Source: Lytechinus pictus
Taxonomy: Eukaryota
Reading direction: 5' to 3'
DNA length: 64,000 nt
Assembly (NCBI RefSeq): GCF_037042905.1
Contig: NC_087245.1
Location: 2,358,001 to 2,422,000 of the forward strand
The notes below the pieces were generated by a model. The model saw only the letters and a program-made list of their open reading frames with translations, was not told where the DNA came from and did no database searches. Shown here piece by piece: positions 49,343 to 62,721 of the stretch. Both the position numbers and the translations under genes were made by a program. Position 1 is the first letter of the stretch, and each line of letters begins with the position of its first letter.

Positions 49343-50496
49343 CAATGTATGAAAGTTTTTACATCTTTTTCTGTTGTACTTTACAAAAAATCAACAAAAG
49401 CATTTCACTACAAACTATAATGGATCTCTTTTATACAGTTATAGTAGTGCTGAATGTGGAAGATTAAGCCCCATGTGTAGAAAAAGATGGAATATGAAAC
49501 AGTCAGCTTATCGAGGTGAATTTCAACTATAATAGTTATACTCGACAATTTTGGTTTTTGTATATAGTTTTAAGTTTTTAAGTCATCATCTCCATTTGGT
49601 GATAATATACCTTTTTTAATCCAAATTTCAAAGAAGGTTAACAAGATTGAATATCACTTTTCTATTGTGTGTAAACCTATGGCTCCCCTAATATTCTGTT
49701 AAATCCATATCCTCAGTCATATCTGTTTGAGGATTTATATTCAAAAGTAGGTCATGCATGTCAAATTGAAGGAAAATAAGGTGGATACTTACTGTGAGTC
49801 GTCATATGGCTTTAAATGGGTTGGACAGAGCCCGCTGAGGTGCTTAGTGGTTCTTTTGCATCTCCTCCCTATATGGAAAGATCAAAACAATAACAGATTT
49901 GTAAAGATGAGGTTTGGCACACTCACAGTTCTTTTTTTACTTTTCTTCTGAAAGGTTTTCCAAATATTGACTTGGTGAACTACAAGAGCAACTTGGGGCT
50001 TATTAAACCTGTATTTTGATCAGAAGGGTGCAGGGGCGGAGGAACCGGGAGTGGGACAGGGGGATACTTGTTTTGCCCAGAATTCCTCGTAGGAAAAATG
50101 CCTTTTTTCAAAATGCTAAATTATCCTTTTTCATAATGAAATAACTTTTTTAAAGTAAGACATAAGTTTTTAGGTTAGAAAATCAAAAATTTTCGCTTGC
50201 GCTTCACGCTCACTTCAGTTATTAAGTCAGGTACTCATTCTGTTTTTGGTCACAGAAATGCTTAGAATGTCAAGTTTTCATGTGGGAATACAATTTCTTG
50301 GCTCGCATCAAATATTGTTTATTTGTATTCATTTTTTCTTGGATATTAAAATTGCTTAGAAATGTCCAGTTTTCTAGGTTGGAATATTACAATTTTCCAG
50401 CTCGCGCTCGCACTATTCGATTGATGAGATATGTATCCTATTAATGCAGTCCTTATCAGGCCCGAGATCATGTCCCTTTTCTCGTCAGTATATTAA

Positions 50497-51091
50497 AGGG
50501 GAATCCAGCCTTGGCCATAAAATGTTGTGTTGGGAAGGAGAAAAATAAATTAAACAGAATGGTGAAAGTTTGAAAGAAATCGGACAAGCAATAAGAAAGT
50601 TATAGCTGTTTTAAAATTGAGATCACTAATACTATGTAGATTTCAAATTGGCAACTGGGGAAGTAAATTATGACAAGGGGCAAGGACAACTTTCCCATAG
50701 GCCATGTACTTTATTATCAGGGATTTGTGGTTTTCTCCTCAGTACCCATTCCCCTGGGGCAGTAATCTAAATATGACCCAGGTAGTATATTGTTTTATGT
50801 CCTCATGTAAGAAAAATATAATTTGAAATAAAACTTTTAGGAAAAATGACATTTTAGCCATAATATGTATTGGAGTACATGAAAGAGTAGTCCTTGCCTT
50901 ACATCACTATGACATCCCATATGCGGCCAATTTGAAGTCTCCATGGGTATAGTGATTACCATGATTTACAACTTTTAAAACTTCATAACTTTCTTGTTGT
51001 TTGTCCAATATTGTTCAAACTTTCACCTATCAACTTGTCCAATTTTTCTTTTCCTTATAAAAACAAGTTTTCATTTGGGTTGGATTTCCCT
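50497..51091 (+). mobile_element. Kolobok-like MITE, family B copy 2
   Basis: TTAA TSD; nearly identical to 15671-16262. Confidence 0.92.
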
Positions 51092-51983
51092 TTAAGAATT
51101 TTTTTGCCCTGGCCTAGACAAGTGACATACTACATACCGGAACGATTATTGTTCTCCACGTGGAAGGCTCGGGAAAAAATATATTAGGGTTCGTCAGCGT
51201 GAGCATATCATCAAAGTTCTGCATAATCTTGCCCCGGATTACATAAAAATATCAATTCCTGTCTTCCAAAACCAAAAACGAATAGTTGTAAAAGGACATT
51301 TCTATATAAGGGGGCTTCATTGTGCAACAAACTACCATCCCATGCTATCAGTCTTTCTTTAACGATACATTCCATTATTATCAAACATTAGAAGTTTTCT
51401 TTATGAATCTTGATTATTTGTTACATTACACATAATTTTGTCCCGAGTTTGATAGGTTTATTAATGTTTTGCGTTTTATGTTTTGTTTCAATTTTAAATA
51501 TTACATCTTTAACTAATTTTCTTTTGATTGGTACCCCATGGAAGTACAGTGATATTTTGAAAATATCACTGAAATGGGCTATCCTCCAATATAAATATTC
51601 TATCGATGCTCATGTGTTTAATTTAATATTGTAAATAATAACAAACAAACAAACCTCCAGTTGTGTTTTCGAGACATCTTACACTGATGTCATCATACTC
51701 TCTCCATGGTCGAACACGTTGAGCTGGCATCTACATCAAAGAATAGAGAAAGGAAAACAATATACCGCTTATTTTTAACGAAAATGCATCTCTATAAATA
51801 AACATTGGGTGCCCTTCATGTTTTTGCGTTTTTGCGAACAAAAAAAAAGAATTTCGGGAATAATCAACGTTATAAAGGAAAGTGTTGTGATAAGGCAAGA
51901 AAATATTAAACACAAAGGACAGAAAAAAAATCTTCACCCCGCGTGAAGTGTTAAAGTTAAAGCTTTTAATCAAATTTCAAGTA

Positions 51984-51986
<3 letters not shown>

Positions 51987-52029
<43 letters not shown>
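51987..52029. repeat. (AT)n(AC)n microsatellite
   Basis: Direct reading. Confidence 0.95.
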
Positions 52030-52031
<2 letters not shown>

Positions 52032-52254
52032 GTTGAAGCCAAACGTTTACATACACCAAAGGAATTCTGTGAAATTTGTTAATTTGTTCACTTGCCAAAC
52101 ATCGTAAAATTTACTATATCTCCAGAAATATAAATATTACTATGACAAATTTGGTATCAAATGAGAGAGCGTATCAAGTTCTTTGATATGATTGGGATGC
52201 CGTTGGGATTTGTCACAAGCAATTCCTTTTATTTTAGCACTAAAGCCAAATTAT
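52030..52254 (+). mobile_element. Tc1-family terminal repeat, copy 2 (element may extend further right)
   Basis: Same sequence and orientation as 48249-48473; no inverted partner or transposase seen. Confidence 0.85.
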
Positions 52255-53250
52255 AAAATTTGTTTATTTAACATAGAAAATGTTAACAGGAAAAATTGAT
52301 TAATGGAGTAATCCCGAAAGTTGTGTTTAAATAAAAGATAATCTAAATTTAAGGGTAATAAAAAATAATCGTTTTTTTTGGCCTTGTGATGGCAGTATTA
52401 TTGATTGAGTTGTATGATAAAACCTATGTATTTAATTACTTATTGAAAGGGCTATAATGTATTCAGCTTTTGCAGGTTCTTTTGTTGTAGGTTCTAGGTT
52501 CTAGTAACAGGTGGAATAAACACTTAGCATTCCAAGACCCGCCCGAGGTCTATTCATTACAGTGCACCTAATTGCTGTGCACAGAGAGTAGGATCGCTTT
52601 CATTTTGTTACTCTTTGAGAGAGGTTGTGTTCTGAGGAGCAAATTAGAAATGACCCTAAGTTTTATTGATTTTGGAGTTTTCCTACCCACAATGGTGGTG
52701 AGTCTATTTTATATTTTTATCAGTATAGTTCAGCTTAAAAAAGAGAAATATTAGATTATTCAATCTGAAAGGGTATTTTGGTCTGAAATTCTGATCCAGA
52801 TTTTGTAATAATTCTATCAATCAGAAGCATGTTTTCTGTAATAATACGCGTCATTCTACGTCATCGGTCTTCAAGGTCATCGGACGTAAGCGGATCCAGG
52901 GGGCCCGAGGCCCCCCCCCCCCTATTGGCGGAGCAAAAAAAAACGAAAAAAGGGGGGAGAAAGAAAAAGGAAAATAAGGGGAAAGAAAGGAGGAAAAATA
53001 AGAGGAGGAAGACGAGTGAATAAAAAAGTAATGGGAAGACTTTGAAAATTATTTTTGAAAATATTTCATGTCACTATATTAAATTTTCGCTCGCGCTTCA
53101 CGCTCGTATTGCTTGTTCGATGAGATATATATCTTGCTTAATAGGATGATATGTAGCTTAAATATCAAGTTAATATACAAAACATATTTCAGCTCTGACA
53201 TCGAGCTTTCATTATTTTGTTTGATTTACCAATTGATTTTTTAAGTGCTC

Positions 53251-56200
53251 TAGTCCAGGATAGAAGAGGCATAACCTTGTTTTTTCATATATACAATATA
53301 TTTTGATGGTTTCTTGTCAATTTGAGAGTGCTGATTACGAATCTGAATGATGCCACTCGTGTAACCTTGAGCATTTTCCGCAAATCGGCAAAATCCAATA
53401 TGGCCGCCAAAATATGCATATTACCCATGAAAATCATAAAATTGCCAGAAAATTGGCTATAGAATGTATGTAATTGTGTTGCGGGAGTGAAATACTCTCT
53501 GAAAAAGACATTTTTTGACAAAATATTTATTTCTAGATATTCAAAATGGCCGCCACAGACCTCTGTATACCCTATTATGTACAATATGAATAGGGAAAAT
53601 TAATTTTTCACAAAATGATCGCAAAACTGCAAGTAATTTTAATCTATAGACGAAGTAATATATGAAAATCATCAATGAACATGATATATCATTTATTATG
53701 TCATGTACGGGAAAATTGTATTTTATATTAAAAAATAGCTGCCACTGGCCCAATAAGTATTATTTTCTATGGCAAAGGGGCCAACAAAAATCGCAAGAGT
53801 CAGCACTAAAATGCATATTATTAAGAGAAACGAGTGGGATACTGACTAAGAACACAATTGCTAACGAGATATATGATCTAATATGCCATGTATGTGATAA
53901 ATGCTGTATTTTGATATTCAAAATGGCCGCCAAAGGCCCTAACAGTATTATACTCAATGAGAAAGAGGAACAACGAAATCACAAGAGTGAGCACTGAAAT
54001 GTATTTATTTGTGATGAATAATTGACATATTGTCTAAAAAACAATTTTTAACGAAATATATCATTCAGGTTTCAAATTTGTGTTTAATACTGTATTTTGA
54101 CTTTCAAAATGGCCGCCATAGACATTGATTGTATTATGTACAATGGAACTAGGAAATAAGTTTTCACACGAGTGAGCACCATAAATGCACGTAATTGTGA
54201 TATATGAGTAAAATATTGTCAGAAAACATAATTTATAACCAGATATATCAGTTCTTATGCCAGGAAGGTAATAAATACTGTATTTTGAAAGTCAAAATGG
54301 CCGCTACAGGCCCCAACAGTATTATGTATAATGTGAATGGGGACAAATGGTTTTAACAGATTTTGGTTTTACTTGACTAAATGGTGTTGTATGAGTGAAA
54401 TATTGTCTGAAAACATGATTCATATCATCAAAAATTTTGGTGATAAATGTTTTATTTCAAAATTCAAAATGGCCGCCATATGCCCTTTTGTGAAAAATTG
54501 TCTGTCCTTATTCAAATTGTACATGGTACAGTAAAGGCCCATGGCGGCCATTTTCCATTTCAGAATGCAGCATTTATCACCTTAAATAAACCAGATATGA
54601 TATACCTCGTTAGAAACCATGGTTTTAGACAATATTTCACTCTTATATCACAATTATTTGCAATACTTATAGTCAAGCAAAGCCAAATTCTGTCAAAATT
54701 ATATGTCCCAAATTACAATGTACATAATGCTTTTAGGACCTATGGCAACCATTTTGAATTTCAAAGTACATCATTTATTACCTCCATGACCAATATGTGA
54801 TGTATTTATTTAGAAATCATTTTTAAGACAATATTTTTACTCGTGCATCACAGTTATTTGTATTTTATGATTTTCACTCTTGTACAAAGTAGATTCCCTA
54901 TACGCATGTAACATAATTTAGTTGGGGCTTGTATCAGCTATTTTGAATGTCAAAATACAGTATTTATCGCTTACATGGCAGAAGAAATGCTTTATTCCAT
55001 AAAAAATAATGTTTTCAAATAATGTTTTATCATACAACAGGACTTTATGGATTTCATAGTCAAGTAAATCCAAATTCTTACAAAATTACATGTCCCCATT
55101 TACATTGTAGATAACTTATTGTTAGAGCCTATTGGGGCCATTTTGAATATCACAAGACAACATTTATTTCATGCTTGACAAAAGAAATGATATGTTTCGC
55201 TAGAAAACATGTTTCCAGACATTACTTTACTCGGTGATTACAATCACTAGCGTACCTACGGGGGGGGGGGCAGGGGGGTCACTCTGCCCCCCTGACGAGC
55301 CACAACCCATACAAAATATATATCACTGCCCCCCCTGACGAATTTGAAGACCTTTTTTTTTTTTTTTTTGCTTGTCATTTTTTCATTTTAGATTGAGGAC
55401 CTTTTTTTTTTTTTTTTTTTGCTTGTCATTTTTTCATTTTTGATTGAAGACCTTTTTTTTTTTTTTTTTTTTTTGATTGAAGACTTTTTTTTTTTTTTTT
55501 TTTTTTTTTTGCTTGTCAATTTTTTTGGCGTCCGATTTTGCCCCCCCTGTGGAAAATCCTAGGTACGCCACTGATTACAATTACATGTATTTTATAGTTC
55601 TTACTCTTGTGAAAATTAATTTCTCCAATCGCATTGTACATAATTTATAATGGGCCTATGGCGGCCATTTTGAATGTCAAAATACAGCATTTATCACATA
55701 AATTGCATTTTTATTTCGTTAAAATAATGTTTTAGCCAGTATTCCACTCGCTTATCTTAATACTAGTAATATGCATTTTAGTACTCACTCTTGTGAATTT
55801 TTTTTGTCCCCATGAACATTGTACATAATATACTGTCAGGGCATTTGGTGGCTTTTTAAATATAAAAATGCTTCATTTATTACATACATGACATAACAAA
55901 TGATAAATTTCGTTAGCAATCATGTTTTCATCCATTATTTCACTAAAATTACAATTGCTTGCATTTAGTGCTCACTTTTGTGAAATTTAGTTTTCCCCGT
56001 TCATATTGTACATAATACTATAGAATACAGGGGTCTATGGCGGCCATTTTGAATATCTGTCAAATATTTTTTTTCTTCAAAAATCGTTTTTTCAGAGAGT
56101 ATTTCACTCCTACAACACAAATACATACATTTTATAACCAATGTGCAGGCAATTTTATGATTTTCATGGGTAATAATTCATATTTTGGCGGCCATATTGG

Positions 56201-56348
56201 ATTTTGCCAATTTACGGAAAATACTCAAGTTTACACGAGTGGCATCATTCATATTCGTAATCAGCACCCTCGAATTGACAAGAAACCATCAAAAAATATA
56301 TGAAAAAACAAGGTCTGGTCAGTTTTCTATGGGGCCTATCCTGGACTA
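53251..56348. mobile_element. Academ-like non-autonomous foldback element, 3.1 kb
   Basis: Termini TAGTCCAGGATAG / CTATCCTGGACTA; 3-bp TSD CTC; arms are inverted arrays of ~190-bp units. TAG termini, long TIRs and a 3-bp TSD fit Academ. Confidence 0.82.
55245..55573 (+). mobile_element. hAT-type MITE nested in the Academ-like element
   Basis: TIR CA(C/G)T(A/G)GCGTACCTA; perfect 8-bp TSD ATTACAAT. Confidence 0.92.
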
Positions 56349-57334
56349 CTCTGTAAAAGGTCTGTTCTAAGGTGTGAATATCAACATTTTGCAGCTTGCG
56401 CTGTGCGCTCGCATTATTTGATTTTCCAAGTAGGCCTAAATATTGTCTTTGAGTAGTCCATAAGATTCTCAAAATATCCCTTTTCAGGTGTCTGATTGTA
56501 AAAAAACTAAAAGCCTATGAGCTAGCGCTGAGCGCTCGCTTTGAGATTATTCATGTACCCGGTAAACCTAGATATTAATTATGACAGTTTATAAAAAAAA
56601 ATCGGCTCGCGGTTTGCGCTCACACTATTTGTTAAAATATATCAACCCATGAATCATATTCATGATTACAAACGTGTTTAAAATATCAAGTTTTTAGGCC
56701 TCAATGTCACAAATTTCACGCACTCATTAGATTTATGAGATTTACAAATATATTTTTTTATGGATTCCTATAAAATCAAATTGCCCCTTTTTCAGAAAGG
56801 AATATCGACAAGTTTCTCATCGCACTTAGGAAGAGGAATAGGAAGAAGAATGGCCTAGGCCTAGAATGTCCCGATTCTGGGTCAAAATGATAATAAAAAT
56901 TCAGCTCGCGCTTCGCACTCGCATCATTTATTAAGTGCTATCCAAATCTACCTCACAATTTCCCTACACAGCGCTAAACTTGAACCTCTTCATATCGGAA
57001 TATCAAATATTTTCATAATAAAAAATGAAATGTATTCAGGTTCTGTGTAACTCGCACGCATGTTCAATGAAATACGCAGCTTGATCTTTATTCAAAATGT
57101 GCTAAAATTATTTAGTTTCAGATAATATCAAAAATTTTCTGTTCGCGCCTTGCATTCGCTTTATTAATATAGGAAGATACCAAATGAAACCCATCATTTT
57201 TCATGACTTACAAAACATGAATAGATGTCCCGTTTTAAGGTTTGAAATCTATTTTTTATCCTCTCGCGCTTCCCGCTCGCGTCAATAATTATTGTTTGGT
57301 GACTAACTCACCTAATACAGTAAAATATATCTTA

Positions 57335-57747
57335 AGGCGACCGCACACCTTACGATTGGTCTGCGACCCGATTTCAGAATAAAATGTAGTAGAATTTGAT
57401 GCTAATAATGACTTGGAATATCTTACTGTGTAATGTTTTAAATCATCGAACGAATACCTATGTTCAAATCTGTGACTATGCTATCATCCTTCTGAGAATA
57501 AAAGCGAAATTAATATCTAGTCGTAATGACGTCATAGCAGTCGTACGATTGGCTACGATTTGAAACTAATTTGGCCTTTACTCCAAAATAAAGGCTTGCA
57601 ATTTTTCAAAATGGTTATATTAGTATTCTTTCAATTAATTTTAACCTCAAATAAAATTATATGTTCCATTCACATTTTCAGAAAATGAGCAAAATGCGAT
57701 TTGTTCCAAAATCGGATCGCGAACAGTCGTAAGGTGTGCGGTGGTCT
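57335..57747. mobile_element. PIF/Harbinger-type MITE
   Basis: TIR core ACCGCACACCTTACGA; 3-bp TSD TTA on both sides. Confidence 0.8.
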
Positions 57748-57849
57748 TTACATATCTATATTTCTAACCAATTGTATAGTATACCAATAAACAATTTCAC
57801 GTGCCTGACACCATGTGGTTGCTGATTCCACTCCATTGAACTATATGTA

Positions 57850-58066
57850 GTTAACAAGAAGTTTTATGTGCATTGGATCCATGCTAGTATTAAACATACC
57901 AAATTATATGAGCCTAGGTTAAATTAAACTGAAGTTATCGCGTTTACAATGAAAAGTTAACGGACGGACAGACGGACGGACGGACAGACAGACAGACGGA
58001 CGGACGGACGGACGGACACCGAGCGTTATACCATAATACGTCCCGTCAAGACGGGCGTATAAAAAA
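57850..58066 (+). mobile_element. 3' part of a DINE-1-like Helentron-associated element
   Basis: (GGAC/AGAC)n microsatellite at 57960-58017, then hairpin ATACGTCCCGTC-AA-GACGGGCGTAT and an A run. Left end not resolved. Confidence 0.75.
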
Positions 58067-58687
58067 AGGATGCTTGGGGTATGTGAGGTTGTTTATGTGA
58101 TTTGGGGGTGATTGGTGATATCTTTAGGTAAACAAAAACCCAGGTCTGATCCTTACAAGATTAAAGTATATTTCAGGTGGAATTTTCTTTGAAGAAAAAC
58201 AGTAATATTTGTGCCAAACTTATTCTATCGTATTTTCAAACATCGTTTCATAGAAATAAATGTCAAATTAAATCTATGATTTATATTACATTTTCTATCA
58301 TGATATGTCACCGCTGAACAAAAAAAGTTTAGTCTGAAATGTTTGTTTTAAGAAGTGACTGGCACAAATATGAAATGTTTTTGTCAAGTTTTTATTTTCA
58401 ATTTGTCTAAAATATGAAGATATTTGGGGAAAATAATAACTAAAATATTTTTCAGCTCTTGATGACAAAGCAATGTGATGAAGGGGCATGACATACTCAT
58501 TTGTTTGATATCAAATCCGTCATGATAGCACAAATATTTTATAAGATACAGACAATTTTATGTTTGAAAGCGCCAACTTTTCTTTTAATTTCCTGGGTGT
58601 ATGTAAACTTCTGGCCTCAGCTGTATATATGTAATACTACTACAACTACTACTACTACTACTATTACTACTACTACTACTACTACTA

Positions 58688-58741
<54 letters not shown>

Positions 58742-59268
58742 ATGATAATGATAACAATACTGCTCTTATAACCATGACTTTTTTTATTCTCCGTTTATAT
58801 TTCTTTATACTTCTTATTTGCATCTTATCATGACTGGGACTGAGTGGTAAACGTAAGATTGTTGGAGGAAATAAACACAATTTTTTTTAAAGGATTCAGT
58901 GAAAATTTAGGCAATGAACTTGTTTTCCATTCAGTAATAACAGTGAAAATTTCTATTAAAATTGTCAAAATAAAGTTAATATAAATTGTTATGTATCATT
59001 CACGGTAAGAAAACATGCCTATATACTGAGAGAATGCAAAATATTTATTTGTTGAGAGTCCATTTTGAAAGCGCATGCATGGTCAACGGCGCCAACATGT
59101 TAATAGCAATAACAAAGAGGAAAAATGTTTTGCTTCTAATTTCTGAGGCATTCTATTTTTGCTTGATTTCATATGTTTAGGTGTTTCAACTTTATTTTTC
59201 TCTTAAGATTCCTGCTACTACTGCTACCATACTACTACTACTACTTATGATAATGATAATAATTCTGC

Positions 59269-60911
59269 CAGTGGCGTACCGTGGGTCACGGCATTGGGGG
59301 AGGGGGGGGGGCACCAGCAAAAAAAATGAGTCACTGCGCGAAGCGCGCTCAGTTGCCAAGTATACTGACCTAATAAAGACATTTTAAGGACATGCAGTGC
59401 CATTAACGGATATGTATCTCACTGATTAAATAATGCGAGCGCGAAGCGCGAGCTGAAAATTTTTGATATTCAGACCTAAAAAGGGACATTATAAGCAATT
59501 TTTTTATAAACATGATGCGTAACCTGTCTCGCTAAATAAACAATGCGAGCGCAAAGCGCGAGCTGAAATTTTTATATACATTGACCCCCAAACAGGGACA
59601 TTTCAAGGACTATATTTTAGGATTCCATTAAGAGTATAAATATCTCAGCATAGTCATCTAATGATAGTGCCATCCTTTGCTGATTTTGTTAGAATTACAT
59701 CTAAACACATGAAGTACTATTTGTGTAATCTTGATTATCATACGCATCTCACTAGTCAAATACTGCAAGCGCGAACTGAAATATTTAATATTCAGATCAG
59801 AAAAATTGACATTTTTAGGACTTAAGTTTAGGAATTCATGAAGAGTAGACATCTCAATAATCAACTAATGCGAACATTAGCACGGACAGGAAATGCTTTA
59901 TATTAAGACCTTAAAGGAGAATGAAACCCTTGAAACCAGCTGAATCCATATCAAAGAGAAAAATCAAAGAAACATATCGTTGAAAGTTTGAGGAAGATTG
60001 AATGAATAATAAGAAAGTTATGAGCATTTGAATATTGAGATCACTAATGCCATGTAGATCTTCCCATTGGCAATGCGACCAAGATCTGTGATGTCACACA
60101 CGTACAACTCCCTCATTACTTTAGTACTTATTTCACTTATATTCTCACTTTTATAGAGTCTATCACAAGGTGAGGTGTTCTCTTTATATGAGAGAACAAG
60201 TACAGAGGTTTCACAACATTATATCATTGATGAATCGTTTGTCATATGATTAGAATGAGCAAAAAGAGATGTTTTGGGGTATATTTTCAGTGTCCAAATG
60301 GGGAGAGTTGTTCATCTGTGACATCATAGATCTTGGTCGCATTGCCAATGGGAGGATCTCCATAGCATTAGTGATCTCGACATTCAAATGCTCATAACTC
60401 TTCTATTGCTAGTCCTATTTTACTCAAACTTTTGTTGATCTTATTCTTTGATTTTTCTGCTTTCACAAAAGCTAACTTGCTCCAAGAGTTTCATTCTCCT
60501 TTAAAATAGGGCAATCACTGAAGTAGTCATGAAAAAGAAGCAAATGTCACAACATAAAACAATAATAACTCGAATTGCGAGGAAATATATTTGGTGTATA
60601 TTGATTTGAAAACGGGAGATTTTAGTACAACAGGATTATATATCTTGTTAAACAGTCTATGCGAGCACCAGGAACAATGAATACATAGGCCCTGAACAAC
60701 AATGTATCATAAAGTTATGAAAAAATGCTTCTTATGTAATATAACATAATATAATATAATATTACAATGAACAATAATTTCTTCTTTTCCCACTACGTTT
60801 CTCTTCCTTTCTTCCTCCTTTTCTCCTTTTCCCGTTTTTTTTTTGCCAGCCGATGGGGGGGGGGGGCACGTGCCCCCCATGCCCCCCCCCCCCCCCGTAG
60901 TTACGCCACTG
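59269..60911. mobile_element. hAT-type non-autonomous element
   Basis: TIR CAGTGGCGTA; TSD AATTCTGC/AATACTGC; neighbouring tandem units show the empty site. Confidence 0.88.
59915..60500 (-). mobile_element. Kolobok-like foldback MITE, family A copy 3 (opposite orientation)
   Basis: TTAA TSD; reverse complement of copies 1 and 2. Confidence 0.92.
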
Positions 60912-62721
60912 AATACTGCTATTTTAACTATGACCTTTTTATTCTTTGTTTAAGTTTCTTTAGGCCTATACTTCTTATTTGTATTTTCTTTTCATGACTG
61001 TAAATGATAATAAACGTAAGATTGTTGAAGGAAATAAAAACTTATTTACAACATTCACGTAAAGCATTTCAACTTACTCTGTATAAATCTCGCACAGGTG
61101 CCTCTCTAACAAGTACAAACGTTCTGAAATAGAACATATAAAAAAAACAATGAATGAGGTGGTAAATGCAATTACAATTAGGTGAACACCATACTCGCAT
61201 ACACTTAACGTAGGCAATGAACTTGTTTTCCATTCAGTAATAACAGTGAAAATGTCTATCAAAATTGTCAAAATAAAGTAAATATAAATTGTTATGTATC
61301 ATTCACGGTGGAAAAATACACCCATTTTATATACTGAGAGATTGAAAATATTTATTGCTGAGAGTCCATTTTGAAAGCGCATGCAGGTCAACGGCAATAA
61401 CAAAGAGGACAAATGTTTTGCCTCTAATTTTTGGGCATTCTATTTTTGCTTGATTTCATATGTTTAGGTGTTTCAACTTTATTTTTCTCTCAAGATTCCT
61501 GCTACAACTGCTACTATACTACTACTTCTACTTATGATAATGATAATAACACTGCTATTTCAACTATGACATTTTTATTCTTCGTTTAACTTTCTTTATA
61601 CTTCTTATTTGTATATTCTTTTCATGACTGTAAATGATAGGTAATCAACGTAAGATTGTTGAAGGAAATAAAAACTTATTTACAACATTCACGTAAATCA
61701 TTTCAACTTACTATAAATCTCACAGTAGGAAGAAACTCCTGAAATAGAACATATAAAAAACAATGAATGATCTGAAATCAAAATTTAGCTTTAGTCTGGG
61801 AGAGGATAGGTGGTAAATGCAATTACAATTAGGTGAACACCATACTCGCATACACTTAACGTAGGCAATGAACTTGTTTTCCATTCAGTCATAACAGTGA
61901 AAATGTCTATCAAAATTTTCAAAATGAAGGGATATACCGTTATGCATCATTCACTGTACGAAAACATGCCCCAAAATACCCATTTTATATACTCTGGTAT
62001 TTGAAAACGTTTATTATTTTGTTGAGAGTCCATTTTTAATGCGCATGCGCGGTAAGTGATGGTGTCAACATTTTAATAACAATTGCTCCCAGACGTTAGC
62101 GGAAGACAATAATACACTATCGGAAACCTGTCAAATTTATACATCAATGATGGAAAATTGTTAAATATCTGAATATCCTGCCTTTTGCTAAGTTCAGATT
62201 GGTGTTTCATAGTCGTTCGTAAAGTCATTCGTATCTTACGAACAGCTTTATGAAACGCCCACCTGGTTTGATTCAACACTGATTGATTTTGACAAAAATG
62301 CAAGACATGACTTACGTCAAAAAAAGAACAATTATAAATCAGCAGTCTGAATCAAGTAACTTCGCTTACATGAATTATTGCAATTTTACACAGGTATGTG
62401 TAAAATGTAGTTACACGACCTCTTTTTATATAACCTACTTTGATTTTTCGCTGCTAGAAAATCTCAGGGCCACCCCTTAGTCGATTATCCCCACACACTT
62501 CATGATGTTTCAATTCAATTTAATTCATTTTTTGGGTTTGCTGATATACATGTTTCGTCGTAAAAAATAAAATGTATATGTTTTACTATGGTAAGATGTA
62601 CATGATATAAAATAAATTCAAATTTAAGAACATTTAATTACATAAATGGTACAGAAAAAAACACAAAATGTTTGATAAAAGTATTAATGATAAATGTCTA
62701 TTTAAAAACGCGATAACTTAA

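Larger units (their letters stand above)
47753..49648 (-). mobile_element. Rearranged, internally deleted L1/Tx1-clade non-LTR retrotransposon
   Basis: Minus strand carries a T-rich spacer, the ORF2 start and a 3' UTR with AATAAA at 47769-47764; plus strand carries the ORF1 C-terminus. The right boundary rests on a candidate 12-bp TSD and is uncertain. Confidence 0.65.
58635..62070. repeat. Three tandem copies of a ~570-630 bp unit, each beginning with a (CTA)n tract
   Basis: Units start at ~58635, ~59215 and ~61500; the second is split by 59269-60911. Confidence 0.85.

Noticed and set aside
58501..58833. Threonine-rich mucin-like protein
   Set aside because: The poly-T run is the translation of a (CTA)n microsatellite that varies between tandem units.
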